A stretch of 64,000 nucleotides of DNA from positions 571,798 to 635,797 of the forward strand of contig CAWFAS010000004.1 of assembly GCA_963813895.1 (NCBI GenBank). Direction: 5' to 3'. Positions 38,888-48,629 of this stretch are shown one piece after another. Within the stretch, counting starts at the first letter, position 1. Every line of letters starts with the position of its first letter. The position numbers were made by a program, and so were the translations under genes. This DNA is from an uncultured Gammaproteobacteria bacterium. GTDB taxonomy: Bacteria > Pseudomonadota > Gammaproteobacteria > JAURND01. The notes beneath the pieces are model-generated. The model saw only the letters and a program-made list of their open reading frames with translations, searched no databases and was not told the origin of the DNA.

Positions 38888-40086
38888 AATTTTGCTCCTG
38901 TAGGATTTCTTTTGTTCAACCAATTGGTGGCAGCATCGACATTTGCTTGTAGCAACTTGTCGGCAGGATTAGGCGGGCGAGGTGGGTTGTGCTGATTGCG
39001 AATAAAACGCTCAATTTGATCGCTGTCGCGCAGGATGATATGCAATCCATCGTAACATTGGCCGCGATCGTTATCTCCCATGTTGTGTGAAGTTTTAGAG
39101 CAACCGCTGATGGCATCGCAAAGCTGCGCCACCGAGTATCCTGACTGCAATGCTTGCCGAATCAGTCGTTGCCGCTTTGGGTCAAGAACCGCCTGCGGGT
39201 GCTGAAAAGTGATTTTCCAAAAATCAAAAATGGAAAGAATGTCAGCGCTGATCACCGGTTGACGTCGCGCTTGCGCGACAATGTTTCGGTTAGCGCCTAA
39301 CTCTCCTGTTATTTCCTTTCCTTTTCCTGATCCACTTCCTTTTCCCCTTCCTATTCCTCTTCCAGTTCCCTTCCTTTTCCCCACGTGCATGCACGTGCAC
39401 GCACCTGCTTCATCAGGTAGTAACAGCGGGCATTCATCAAAATGGCTGGTTTCGTCGCTGGAAAAATTATTCAATTCAGTCTGTGTTTCTAGTGGTTTAT
39501 CATCACTTTGTAAGTTTTCTGATTCAGCAGTATTAGATGGTGAGTCGAGCTCAATTATAGATTTAACTTCGAGTATAATTTTATTTTGGTGGACGTCAGG
39601 TGAAGAAGGGGATATGTCTGGCTTGTATGGGGAGTAACGTGCTTCGTCACTGCTTTCATATGCTGACACTGGCTGTGTATGTGTTTGCACGTGCATGCAC
39701 GTGTAAGAGAATGCAGCTTGGTTATTGGGTTTTAACGCTTCACTGCCTTGTTCAATACTTGGCAAGGTGCTAACGGGTTCGCGAATATTGATATGCTGAT
39801 GTTTTTTCCAAGAAGGGATATAACCATAGTATTCCTTAACAACTTCATAGCGGACAATAAAGCCGCTCTCGACCAGTGCATTTAGGACATCATCCATGTT
39901 TAAATCGTCATAGGGCAATACATCCAGTTTCAATTGTCTTGGCTTCCAACGAAACCGACCATCACGGTCGCAGCAAGTAAATAAACCTATAAATGCTAAT
40001 CGCAGCGGTAGGCGGTATTTCTTTTCAGCTTCAAATAACTGCTCATGACGAAATAATTCAGGTTTGACAGTGCGGATTCTACTCAT
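38884..40086 (-). CDS. Phage replisome organiser (O-like initiator)
   Basis: MSRIRTVKPELF, RLAFIGL.TCCDRDGRF.W, IP.W.KHQ, G/K-rich linker, C-terminal helical domain. Confidence 0.82.
   Translation of the reverse strand: MSRIRTVKPELFRHEQLFEAEKKYRLPLRLAFIGLFTCCDRDGRFRWKPRQLKLDVLPYDDLNMDDVLNALVESGFIVRYEVVKEYYGYIPSWKKHQHINIREPVSTLPSIEQGSEALKPNNQAAFSYTCMHVQTHTQPVSAYESSDEARYSPYKPDISPSSPDVHQNKIILEVKSIIELDSPSNTAESENLQSDDKPLETQTELNNFSSDETSHFDECPLLLPDEAGACTCMHVGKRKGTGRGIGRGKGSGSGKGKEITGELGANRNIVAQARRQPVISADILSIFDFWKITFQHPQAVLDPKRQRLIRQALQSGYSVAQLCDAISGCSKTSHNMGDNDRGQCYDGLHIILRDSDQIERFIRNQHNPPRPPNPADKLLQANVDAATNWLNKRNPTGAKL
39382..39703. repeat. Two copies of the perfect 16-bp palindrome CACGTGCATGCACGTG (39382-39397, 39688-39703)
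   Basis: Read directly; both encode TCMHV within the initiator linker. Confidence 0.9.
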
Positions 40087-40999
40087 GTGTTTCTCCTGTA
40101 TAGACTTTTTTAAACGTTCGCTTTTTACTGATATCCAAAACTATTTGGCGTTGTTCATCCTGTGGCAGTTGGGCGATTTTCTTTGCCTTAGATATTGATA
40201 ATTTCTGGTTATCCATTGCTTGGATCAAAGATGAGATGCCTTTTTCTGTGACTTCTTTGGCTTCACCATATAAAAAATGACTGGAGAACCCGGCAATCCT
40301 GGCAGCTACCACTCTTGTTTCCGATCCATGTCTAGCCTCTAAATTATCTTGCAAAAATTTAAAGCGCTCGCTTCCATTTGATTTGCTCACTTCCGCAGAT
40401 TTATGCGGAAGTAAATCTGTTCTTTTGCCTTGGCGGTTACCTAATTCACGTTCTATCGCTTTACCGACAGCTACTTGTTCACTGACAGGTAATGTTTGGA
40501 TCAAAGCCGCTATAGAAATTCGTCCAGCAATAACGTCTGGCAAATTAATTTTATGAACAAAAATACTCTTGTTTTTAAGCATCCTATTAGCATGAATCCG
40601 GCAGCTACATGTGATAACCCTGCGGGAAGAGTCAACTAAAATTGGGCGTAGCAGCATCTCATTATTCAAATCAAAAACGAGGAATTCTTGATTCAAATAA
40701 ATAGGACAGTTCATTTCAGAAACATTGATCTCATCAATCGGCAGAAGAATTTGTGGGAATTTTTGAAAAAATCGCACTGAATCAAATAACTGACAAATGC
40801 TGGTAGCATCAGATGAAAGCTCATCTAAAGGTATTAACCCCTTGACTGCAGCAAATATTTTAAAGGCAAATAAAGTAGGAATTTTTTCATCGCGATTCAG
40901 CCACAGACTCACCGTCTGTTGCGTAACGCCAACAGTCGAGGCTAGCGCCTGCTGCGAGCCGAAATATTTAATCGCTTTGTAAAGCCCATTTAGATGCAT
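40079..40999 (-). CDS. Cro/YdaS-like HTH fused to a degenerate ParB-like domain
   Basis: KAIKYFGSQQALASTVGVTQQTVSLW; QGKRTDL; KLSISKAKKIAQLPQDEQ. Confidence 0.72.
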   Translation of the reverse strand: MHLNGLYKAIKYFGSQQALASTVGVTQQTVSLWLNRDEKIPTLFAFKIFAAVKGLIPLDELSSDATSICQLFDSVRFFQKFPQILLPIDEINVSEMNCPIYLNQEFLVFDLNNEMLLRPILVDSSRRVITCSCRIHANRMLKNKSIFVHKINLPDVIAGRISIAALIQTLPVSEQVAVGKAIERELGNRQGKRTDLLPHKSAEVSKSNGSERFKFLQDNLEARHGSETRVVAARIAGFSSHFLYGEAKEVTEKGISSLIQAMDNQKLSISKAKKIAQLPQDEQRQIVLDISKKRTFKKVYTGETHE

Positions 41000-41052
41000 A
41001 CGTGTGCAAATCCCAAAAAAACTTCATTCCTTGTCGCATAGCGTACACATTT

Positions 41053-41220
41053 AATTCACAACATAAGTTGTGAATTTTTATGTTACATTTGATTTATTGG
41101 TTCTTGATTTTATTTAGATGAAATCGAAAAAAATATGGATATAACGCTAACATAGCGCTAGAAAACATCAATAAGTGGAACCTACGTAAAATGTAAAAGT
41201 TAATACGTGGAATCTACGTA
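41053..41220. promoter_or_regulatory. Operator-like repeats in the divergent control region
   Basis: Inverted repeat AATTCACAAC-4-GTTGTGAATT (41053-41076); direct repeat GTGGAA(C/T)CTACGTA at 41175 and 41207. Confidence 0.6.
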
Positions 41221-41306
41221 GAAATAGAAAAAATTTTTGTATGAATTATTTTTTAGGAAGTTGGAAGGATACATTTTTTGATAATCAACGACGATAAGGA
41301 CTATCT

Positions 41307-41561
41307 ATGACTATTGACCGAGCAAAATTAATTAAAGATTTTTGGGAGGCACCCAATGAAGCTTTTTTTGATCAGAAAACGGTAGCAGCGGTTGCATGCC
41401 GGTCAACTTATTGGTGCGAAAAACTGCGCTGCGAAGGCGGAGGAATTCCATTTAGTAAAAATCGGAAGAAATGTCTTTATCGGAAGGCAGATATCGTTGA
41501 ATGGCTTGGTCAATTTAAAATTGTTAAATCAACTAGTGAATATGGAAACTCCCATATTTGA
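41307..41561 (+). CDS. Excisionase-like HTH protein
   Basis: Small basic protein, R..GGGIPF.K..KKCLYRKADIVEWL; convergent with the integrase. Confidence 0.65.
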   Translation: MTIDRAKLIKDFWEAPNEAFFDQKTVAAVACRSTYWCEKLRCEGGGIPFSKNRKKCLYRKADIVEWLGQFKIVKSTSEYGNSHI

Positions 41562-41628
41562 AAAAATATTTTTGTATCTAGTTCTCTTATTTCTTGTTTA
41601 AATTTTTTGCAATCCAGACCTTGTCATG

Positions 41629-42489
41629 TCAAAGAAAGGGAACTCCGGAAAATGGCTCATCAACTAATTTTATGAACTGGTTGGGATCATCAAAATTAAT
41701 CAATGAAGCGCATTCATTGATTTTGCCTACCATAAAATCTGCACAAGGCTTTACAAGCTCTTTGATATCATCCCAAAATTCATTTTCTACACCAATACAA
41801 ATTAATTTGGCGCGCTCAATTACGGGCTGATACACTTTAGGTAAATGACTGATTACCCAATCTGCCGCAGCAGGCTTAGATCGGATCGCACTTGTCTCCA
41901 AAGTACTCCAGATACGCGCGTAAGTCAGCAGAACATTTCGAGTGTCATGCTCAAGATCCACAGCAAGCCTATCTAAATCATGAAGCATAGCTTTTATAAA
42001 GTCATGATATGGCACATGCGCCAATAGTCGTTCAGGCTCTAGCCCTAATAAGGTTTGACTCTTCAATAAAACTTGAGTAACAATTAGCGCAAGATCAGGC
42101 ATTTCATGAGTCGACCAAGGTTCAATGATGCCCTGCTCAAAAGATTTGCGTAGCCACTCCCCATATTGAAAATCAAAATGAGGCGGATACTGCCAAGGAC
42201 TAATCGCTGCCTGCTGAACAATGGTTATTTCAATAGGTAACTTTGAACTTTTCATGTAAATGCCAGAAATTTGAAGCAGATTGGAAATTAATCTGGTTTT
42301 TTCATCTGGAGTTGTTACACGCTTGGTGACAACGAATAAATCAATGTCACTATATTTTTGCAGCCCACCCACAAGGGATGAACCATAAAGATACACACCT
42401 AAAAGGTCAGCTCCTAGGATCATTTTCAATAATTCTAGGCTATCCTTGAGTTGTTTCTGTATTTCATGGCTATAAATAGAATATGTCAT
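41629..42489 (-). CDS. ant(9): ANT(9)-like aminoglycoside adenylyltransferase (DUF4111)
   Basis: GVYLYGS...GGL..YSDID, DFQYGEWLR, DTRNVLLT.ARIW. Confidence 0.85.
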   Translation of the reverse strand: MTYSIYSHEIQKQLKDSLELLKMILGADLLGVYLYGSSLVGGLQKYSDIDLFVVTKRVTTPDEKTRLISNLLQISGIYMKSSKLPIEITIVQQAAISPWQYPPHFDFQYGEWLRKSFEQGIIEPWSTHEMPDLALIVTQVLLKSQTLLGLEPERLLAHVPYHDFIKAMLHDLDRLAVDLEHDTRNVLLTYARIWSTLETSAIRSKPAAADWVISHLPKVYQPVIERAKLICIGVENEFWDDIKELVKPCADFMVGKINECASLINFDDPNQFIKLVDEPFSGVPFL

Positions 42490-42542
42490 AGGTTTTCATT
42501 GATGGCTGATCTCTAAAAAATAACTTTATAAAAGATACAAAA

Positions 42543-43589
42543 ATGAAATTTACAAAAGTACTTCTAATCATTTTATTTATCTCCACATCAGCATTCGCTA
42601 ACGATACAACAGGAACCAATGCTGCAGGAGGAATTCAGTTCACCCAAGAGCCGTCAATAAAGATGACGAGTGAAGATTTAACCATTAGCCGTAACAAAGT
42701 GAGAGTATCTTACCTATTTAAAAATATCAGCGACAAATCCATTGCGACTACAGTTTTCTTTCCATTACCCGCTTTTCAAGATGGGGGTCAGTTAACGGAA
42801 AGCGATTCTGTGGCGGATTATATCAAACAAGCTAAAGAAAATGATCCTTTGGTCAATTTTTCTGTGGTTGTAGATGGCAAACCCGTTGCTTATCGCATTA
42901 AAATTCAGGCGATAGCAGATGATGGTAAAGATATTACTCCCCTATTGAGTCAGGCGCATATTCCACTTCTTCCTGAATTGGTCGAGCGAGGTTACACGGG
43001 ATATTTTGTTGAGGATTTGAATAAAGATGATTTAAAACAGTGGCAAACCAAGGCGAAACAATTTGGACTATTAGATAAAGAAGGGAAAGCACATTGGAAA
43101 AAACAAGTTATTTTTTATTGGCCTCAGCTATTCCCTGCCAGCAGAACAATTGCGATTACGCATGAATATACACCAATAACGGGAGATTTTTACTATGGAA
43201 CTGGCTATGCATCGAAGGAGGACTGTTTCAGAGATATTGGGCGTAGTCTTCAAGAAACCTTCCACATGGATTTTTCTACTATAGAAAATAAGACCACATT
43301 CGAAAATTGGCTTTCGGCCCACATTACAAATACTGACGATGACAAACAACCTTATTTCTATTTGTATAATGTCGGTTATATTTTAACAACAGGGGCTAAT
43401 TGGGCGGGGCCTATTGAAAAGTTCACATTAAATCTACAATATCCCGCTGATACTGCGGTGGTATTCGCGCCTTTCTATCATGATCCATCTGCTAAAATAA
43501 CCCGAACGAGCAGGCAATTGCAGATAATTTTAAATAACTTTACCCCAAAGCAAGATTTAAATATTGTATTTGGAGAGGTTACGGTTTGA
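42543..43589 (+). CDS. DUF4424-family secreted protein
   Basis: Signal peptide, AND..G..AGGI, M.SEDL.IS, YILTTGANWAGPI..F.L. Confidence 0.75.
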   Translation: MKFTKVLLIILFISTSAFANDTTGTNAAGGIQFTQEPSIKMTSEDLTISRNKVRVSYLFKNISDKSIATTVFFPLPAFQDGGQLTESDSVADYIKQAKENDPLVNFSVVVDGKPVAYRIKIQAIADDGKDITPLLSQAHIPLLPELVERGYTGYFVEDLNKDDLKQWQTKAKQFGLLDKEGKAHWKKQVIFYWPQLFPASRTIAITHEYTPITGDFYYGTGYASKEDCFRDIGRSLQETFHMDFSTIENKTTFENWLSAHITNTDDDKQPYFYLYNVGYILTTGANWAGPIEKFTLNLQYPADTAVVFAPFYHDPSAKITRTSRQLQIILNNFTPKQDLNIVFGEVTV

Positions 43590-43642
43590 TATTATTTTCA
43601 CAAACCAATGGTACCGAAAGATCGTAAATTTTCATAAAAAAT

Positions 43643-44062
43643 TTATAGAAAATCTTTTCTCAAAAAATAAAATATTGAATTTTTCGGCAACCCATGTCGC
43701 TCAAGTTCAACACGATAGCCAAGTTTCTGATAAAAATCGAGTGCTTCCCAGCTGGTTGTGTTGACAGCCGCTGATATACATCTTTTCTCTAAGCCTAATT
43801 TTTCAGCGGCCTGCATTAATTTTGTGCCATAGCCATTTCCACGAAGCGATTCATCTATCCACAACTGATCAACATAGAGCCAGTTGTATCCGATATTACC
43901 ATTGCAACCGCCTTTTATTATATTGTCCTCATCACTAATAAAAAACGAAAAAGGTTCTATTGGATCCAATCCATGTTGTTTGGCATTATTGGCTATGCCT
44001 TGGGCCAAAATATCAGTATCTTTTGATGAGGGATTTTGTTCATATACAATGGAATAAGTCAT
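43643..44062 (-). CDS. GNAT acetyltransferase
   Basis: LYVDQLWI...RGNGYG..LM, ALDFYQKLGY. Confidence 0.88.
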   Translation of the reverse strand: MTYSIVYEQNPSSKDTDILAQGIANNAKQHGLDPIEPFSFFISDEDNIIKGGCNGNIGYNWLYVDQLWIDESLRGNGYGTKLMQAAEKLGLEKRCISAAVNTTSWEALDFYQKLGYRVELERHGLPKNSIFYFLRKDFL

Positions 44063-44316
44063 TTTTTCACCGAAGCTGTAAAATTGGCTATCAAGTTATT
44101 CGCAAGTTCATTCGGCATCTTGTATTCCAAAATATCTCCGGGCTGACAAGAAAGGTAATTACAAATTGCATTAAGCGTTTCTAATCGAATCGCTTTGGCC
44201 TTACCCGTTTTTAATATTGATAAGTTCTGTTCGGTGATACCTATCGCTTCTGCAAGTTCTTTCGAACGAATTTTTCTTTTTGCGAGCATTACATCTAAAT
44301 TCACAATAATTGTCAT
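44059..44316 (-). CDS. Cro/C1-type HTH regulator (YozG-like)
   Basis: NLDVMLAKRK..SKELAEAIGITEQNLS.LKTGKAKAIR..TL..IC..L.CQPGDILEY. Confidence 0.92.
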   Translation of the reverse strand: MTIIVNLDVMLAKRKIRSKELAEAIGITEQNLSILKTGKAKAIRLETLNAICNYLSCQPGDILEYKMPNELANNLIANFTASVKK

Positions 44317-44324
44317 GGCCTCGC

Positions 44325-44912
44325 CTATATTGTTAGTTGTTGCTCTTCACGCAAATTACAACCCTCAGCCATAATCCAAGAAATTAAAATAACCAAAAAT
44401 GCTGTTAGTAAAATTCCAACATTTGTTTGATCTAATGTAATTGCTGCGAAATGGTGGTGAGGTGGATTATGCATCGTTAGCACAAAGCCCATTACAAATT
44501 GATAGAAAGGTTCAATCAATTGACTGATTAGCAAAGCATAACCAATATTACGAATATATCTAACATGATTAATTGAAAAAATATCTCCATTTTCATACAA
44601 CTTAAATAATTTAATAAGGCAATACAAAAGAAACATTTTAACCATCATAGGGATAGCGCTGACTAAGCAACCCAAACTTTTCTCACCTACGCTAAGAGTA
44701 TGTAAGATAGCCTTCTCTGGTAAGCCCTGTGCAGTATATGTATGCATTCCACTGTATGTAGCTGGGATAGCATTTAATTTAATAAACCCGACTAATAGCA
44801 CTAATTCATCGGGTGCATAAACCCAGCTTATGATTAACAATACAGGTAATACAATGAAAATAATTTGAAACACTAATCTAAAAAATAGACTGACATTTTT
44901 AATTTTGTTCAT
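44325..44912 (-). CDS. DUF2975 membrane protein
   Basis: GDIFS..N/V.YIR.IG, C-terminal MAEG..L.EEQQLTI; paired with the YozG-like HTH. Confidence 0.85.
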   Translation of the reverse strand: MNKIKNVSLFFRLVFQIIFIVLPVLLIISWVYAPDELVLLVGFIKLNAIPATYSGMHTYTAQGLPEKAILHTLSVGEKSLGCLVSAIPMMVKMFLLYCLIKLFKLYENGDIFSINHVRYIRNIGYALLISQLIEPFYQFVMGFVLTMHNPPHHHFAAITLDQTNVGILLTAFLVILISWIMAEGCNLREEQQLTI

Positions 44913-44940
44913 ATAGTTCTCTAGTAATTAAGTCAAAATT

Positions 44941-44964
44941 TATGGGCACAGTTCTGTGCCCATA
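44941..44964. terminator. Hairpin / probable terminator
   Basis: TATGGGCACAG-TT-CTGTGCCCATA perfect 11-bp stem. Confidence 0.55.
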
Positions 44965-44995
44965 AAGCTTATTCAAGCACTCCGCAAGTAGACAA

Positions 44996-45391
44996 TTAAT
45001 AGAATACTCCGCCGTAAGCATGACAATTGATAGAATGGGGAGATAAAGTAAATTCTAATGCACCGCTCGGTTTTGATTTATTTGTTGTCATAGAACATTG
45101 CTCACGTTGGTCAAACTGGTTAGCTGATGGTGGCAATTCATGCCCATTGACAGAGACAATAATTATTCCTGCCCGATCATAGTTATCTAAAGGCACCGGA
45201 ATAGGAATAGTGACATTTTTACTTAAATCTACTGATTGAAGTTCCCCAAAAACGGGTTTATCACTTTGATTTTTATGCGCTACCCGAAACGTAATTTTCA
45301 GTGGTTGATTCGACGTAAATAGCACCTCATTTGCATGCGCCGACAGTGCAAACCCTAAGCAGCCTAATAAGGCTATTGCTCTTAATTTCAT
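44996..45391 (-). CDS. Hypothetical secreted protein
   Basis: Signal peptide ending AHA; two Cys residues in the mature C-terminal region. Confidence 0.6.
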   Translation of the reverse strand: MKLRAIALLGCLGFALSAHANEVLFTSNQPLKITFRVAHKNQSDKPVFGELQSVDLSKNVTIPIPVPLDNYDRAGIIIVSVNGHELPPSANQFDQREQCSMTTNKSKPSGALEFTLSPHSINCHAYGGVFY

Positions 45392-45598
45392 ATTGACCCC
45401 TCATTATTTAGTTAAAATAAAAAATCTATCGTCGACGATGAAGGCAATATACACAATTAATTATCGAATTACAATAATTATTTATTGGTCAGGGGGCCAT
45501 AAAATTGAGGCCATAGCACGTAAAGTTCTTTCTTAACTGTTCAATAATTTTCGAACATAATGAATGTTCGATTAATTTGGGACAATTGAAAGCTATGT

Positions 45599-45910
45599 AT
45601 GGTTCGTATCTACAAACACCCTCAGCTTGAAGATATCCTTCTTTCGCGAGTATTGTTTGCACTGAGTGATCCAATTCGGTTGCGCATGGTCAAGATCTTA
45701 GCTAACAATGAAGCAGTCAACAGCCTAGATCTGGGCCCAGGGATGCCTAAATCTACGGTGACACACCATACTCGTATTTTGCGCGAAGCAGGCGTAACCC
45801 GCACCAAACCGGAAGGTCGTAACTGTTGGATTAGTCTGCGCAGAGATCTTCTCGATAAGAAATTTCCTGGTTTATTGGATTTGGTGTTGGCTGCCCAGGA
45901 GGAGGTATGA
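45599..45910 (+). CDS. ArsR/SmtB family regulator
   Basis: ALSDPIRL, KST.THH..ILREAGV, L...FPGLLD. Confidence 0.88.
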   Translation: MVRIYKHPQLEDILLSRVLFALSDPIRLRMVKILANNEAVNSLDLGPGMPKSTVTHHTRILREAGVTRTKPEGRNCWISLRRDLLDKKFPGLLDLVLAAQEEV

Positions 45911-46471
45911 TTCGTCAACTTTGGCCATTGACCCTAGGTGCCTTCGTACTGGGCCTGGATGCCTTTGCACTAGCCTGGCTACTGCCAGGCATGGCGTATA
46001 GTCTTGGCACAACACAAGCCTCAGTGGGATTAGGGGTGGCAATGTTTACTGCAGCTTATGCGGTGAGCGCACCTACACTGGCGTTTTTTGCTGAGAAATA
46101 CTCAACTCGGACAGCTTTGTTAATAGGACTTGCTGTATTCACACTCGGGAATGTGGCCACCATGTTAGCGCCTTCGCTGGCAGTTTTGCTTGTCGCACGA
46201 CTAGTGGCTGGGGTTGGCGCAGGGCTTTACTCACCACTTGCCTCGATAAGTGCAGCCAATAGCGTGGAAGTCAAACAGCGCGGTCGAGCCTTATCTATGG
46301 TGCTGGCTGGGCTAAGTACCGGCACCGCTTTGGGAGTTCCCAAGCGCGGTCGGTGCGACAATTGGCTTAGTGGTATTAAGTGCGCACATATCCGCATCCA
46401 TGCTCCCAATAGGAGCAATAGCGGCTGTAACTGTAGCAACAGGGATTCATCTTGTTAAAATGAGAGGGTAG
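45907..46471 (+). pseudogene. MFS transporter with an internal deletion
   Basis: About TM1-5 intact to GTALGVP; a C-terminal-like AVGATIGLVVL...VKMRG* follows in another frame. Confidence 0.7.
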
Positions 46472-47488
46472 TTAATTTGGAAAGAGATGCGTTATTGAGT
46501 TAAGTAAACGCGGATACAACTCTATTAATTTTGAACCTACTACTAAACTACGATTTATTTCATTGATAGCAGCATCTTTTTTATCAGAGGTGTCAGCACT
46601 ACAGGCCAATTCAATATTATAAAGTAACCAAAATATGACATTTCCATAACCCGCGCTCAATGCAGCATCAATATGATTTTTTTCCAACGGTCCGCCAAAA
46701 TTAATATATGTTTGCAACATTCTCATGCACAAAGGTAAAGAAAAAAGATCAGTACCAAATCCACTCCAAGCCAAACATGCTCGAATTGCTTCTCTTGATG
46801 GATTCATGTTTTTTACTGCCTCCCAGTCAATTAAAAATGGCTGATCTGGTTCTTGCCAGATCACATTATGCGGAAAGACATCGCCATGAGTAATAACCGT
46901 TTTTTCCTTGAGTATAGGAGTAACAGACAAATAATGCTCATTCATCGATAAAATCATGTTCTGATTTTTTATCAAATCTGTGGAGGCTGATATTCCACAT
47001 GAAATAGCCCTCTCAATACTAGCAACAATTTTTTCGTTGGTGTGTATATCTAATTTTACCTCAACCTCAGGAACCTTTAAATTTATGCTATGAATTTTTG
47101 CTAATATTTCCGCGATTTTTACCGAGTGTTTTTCAGAAGTTTGACTTCCATGTTGCATATATCCTTCTATCCAGGGAAAGACTAAATATGCTATATTTTC
47201 TAAGACAATGACGTATTTATCATCATTTTTTATGGCATGCACAGCAGGAATGTCCAGCTGTGCAAAGCGAAATGCAATCGACTCGCACAATTCATACCTG
47301 GCAATATTTTTTTTATTATTCACATCAATTGCTGGGTCGAGCTGTTTTATAAAAAAAGTTCCCTTATCAAATTTTACTTCCCAGCACAAATGGCCGCCTC
47401 CAGGCCCCCCAGGAATTTGTTGAGCCGGTTCAGCGGTTAAATTAAATTGCAACTGATTAGCAATAATTTTCAAATGTTGTATGTTCAT
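46472..47488 (-). CDS. Aminoglycoside phosphotransferase family protein
   Basis: THGDVFPHN, LIDWE; similar to 11887-12888. Confidence 0.85.
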   Translation of the reverse strand: MNIQHLKIIANQLQFNLTAEPAQQIPGGPGGGHLCWEVKFDKGTFFIKQLDPAIDVNNKKNIARYELCESIAFRFAQLDIPAVHAIKNDDKYVIVLENIAYLVFPWIEGYMQHGSQTSEKHSVKIAEILAKIHSINLKVPEVEVKLDIHTNEKIVASIERAISCGISASTDLIKNQNMILSMNEHYLSVTPILKEKTVITHGDVFPHNVIWQEPDQPFLIDWEAVKNMNPSREAIRACLAWSGFGTDLFSLPLCMRMLQTYINFGGPLEKNHIDAALSAGYGNVIFWLLYNIELACSADTSDKKDAAINEINRSLVVGSKLIELYPRLLNSITHLFPN

Positions 47489-47551
47489 TGTAATCTTTAT
47501 TTATTTAAAGCGCGCTCAATCCTAAATTTGATCAGACAAAACAATTTCATC

Positions 47552-48289
47552 TCAAACGGTTGAAAACCCACCGTCTACTACAACAATCTCGCCATTAATA
47601 TAATTTGATTTAATTAAAGCTATGGCAATTTGCGCAATGTCTTCAGGATCACCGGTACGTTTTAGAGGGGTGCGTTCAGTGAACTTATCAATGGCAGCCT
47701 TAAAATCTTGTGTGCGTGGTGTTTTAATCAATCCGGGAGCAATGGCGTTTACTCGGATTTCTGGGCCTAATTCTTTCGCCAGTAATTTAGTCATATGATT
47801 TATGCCTGCTTTGCAAACAGCATAAGGCATAGCGCTTGTCGCTGCCGCAGCATCCGTTCCTGCGACCGATGTAATATTAATAATCACACCATCTTGAGAT
47901 TGTTTTAGATACGGGATGGCATAACGTGTTAAACACCAAGTGCCTACCACATTGGTATTGAGCATGCGAGAAAAAATCTCATTGCTGACATCTGCAAGAT
48001 GATTGCTTGGCAATCGACCTACAGCACCTGCATTATTAATCAAAAAATCTAGCCGCCCATAATGTTGAATGGTTGTACTAATCAGACGTTCACAATCCGC
48101 TTCCACACCAATATCAGCTGAACAATAAGCACCCTGCAATTCGCGAGCCAATTTTTGGCCTTTTTCTTGCGACGTTACTGAATTAATCATCACTTGGGTG
48201 CCTTCTTGGCTGAGAAGTCGCGCAATTGCTTCACCTATGCCACTGGTAGAACCTGTTACAATGGCTACTTTCTGATTCAATGTGGTCAT
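47552..48289 (-). CDS. Short-chain dehydrogenase/reductase
   Basis: TGSTSGIG, NNAG, YAVCK. Confidence 0.9.
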   Translation of the reverse strand: MTTLNQKVAIVTGSTSGIGEAIARLLSQEGTQVMINSVTSQEKGQKLARELQGAYCSADIGVEADCERLISTTIQHYGRLDFLINNAGAVGRLPSNHLADVSNEIFSRMLNTNVVGTWCLTRYAIPYLKQSQDGVIINITSVAGTDAAAATSAMPYAVCKAGINHMTKLLAKELGPEIRVNAIAPGLIKTPRTQDFKAAIDKFTERTPLKRTGDPEDIAQIAIALIKSNYINGEIVVVDGGFSTV

Positions 48290-48314
48290 GCTATTTCCCG
48301 TATTTAATTCAAGT

Positions 48315-48629
48315 TTAGGCGGCCTTTTTGACACTTCGGAATGCTTTTAAAAATGCTTCCGGCACTTTTTTTGCTATTAGTAATAAACTTTTTGCAGAAC
48401 CATGTGGTTCGCGTCTGCCTTGTTCCCAGTTGCGCAAAGTGGCTACACTTACACCCATAAACGCAGCAAAAGCCTGCTGGCTAAGCCCTAGCTTGTGGCG
48501 AATTTTCGCCACATCTCCCGCTGTTGGCAAAACAAGACGAGTCTCTTTTAATTTCTTTTCGCCTTTCTGCCATGCTTTGATTTCTTCAAGGCCCGATAAT
48601 ATTTCTTGGCCGATATCTCTGTCTTTCAT
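48315..48629 (-). CDS. higA: HigA-like HTH antitoxin
   Basis: LGLSQQAFAAFMGVSVATLRNWEQGRREP. Confidence 0.82.
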   Translation of the reverse strand: MKDRDIGQEILSGLEEIKAWQKGEKKLKETRLVLPTAGDVAKIRHKLGLSQQAFAAFMGVSVATLRNWEQGRREPHGSAKSLLLIAKKVPEAFLKAFRSVKKAA

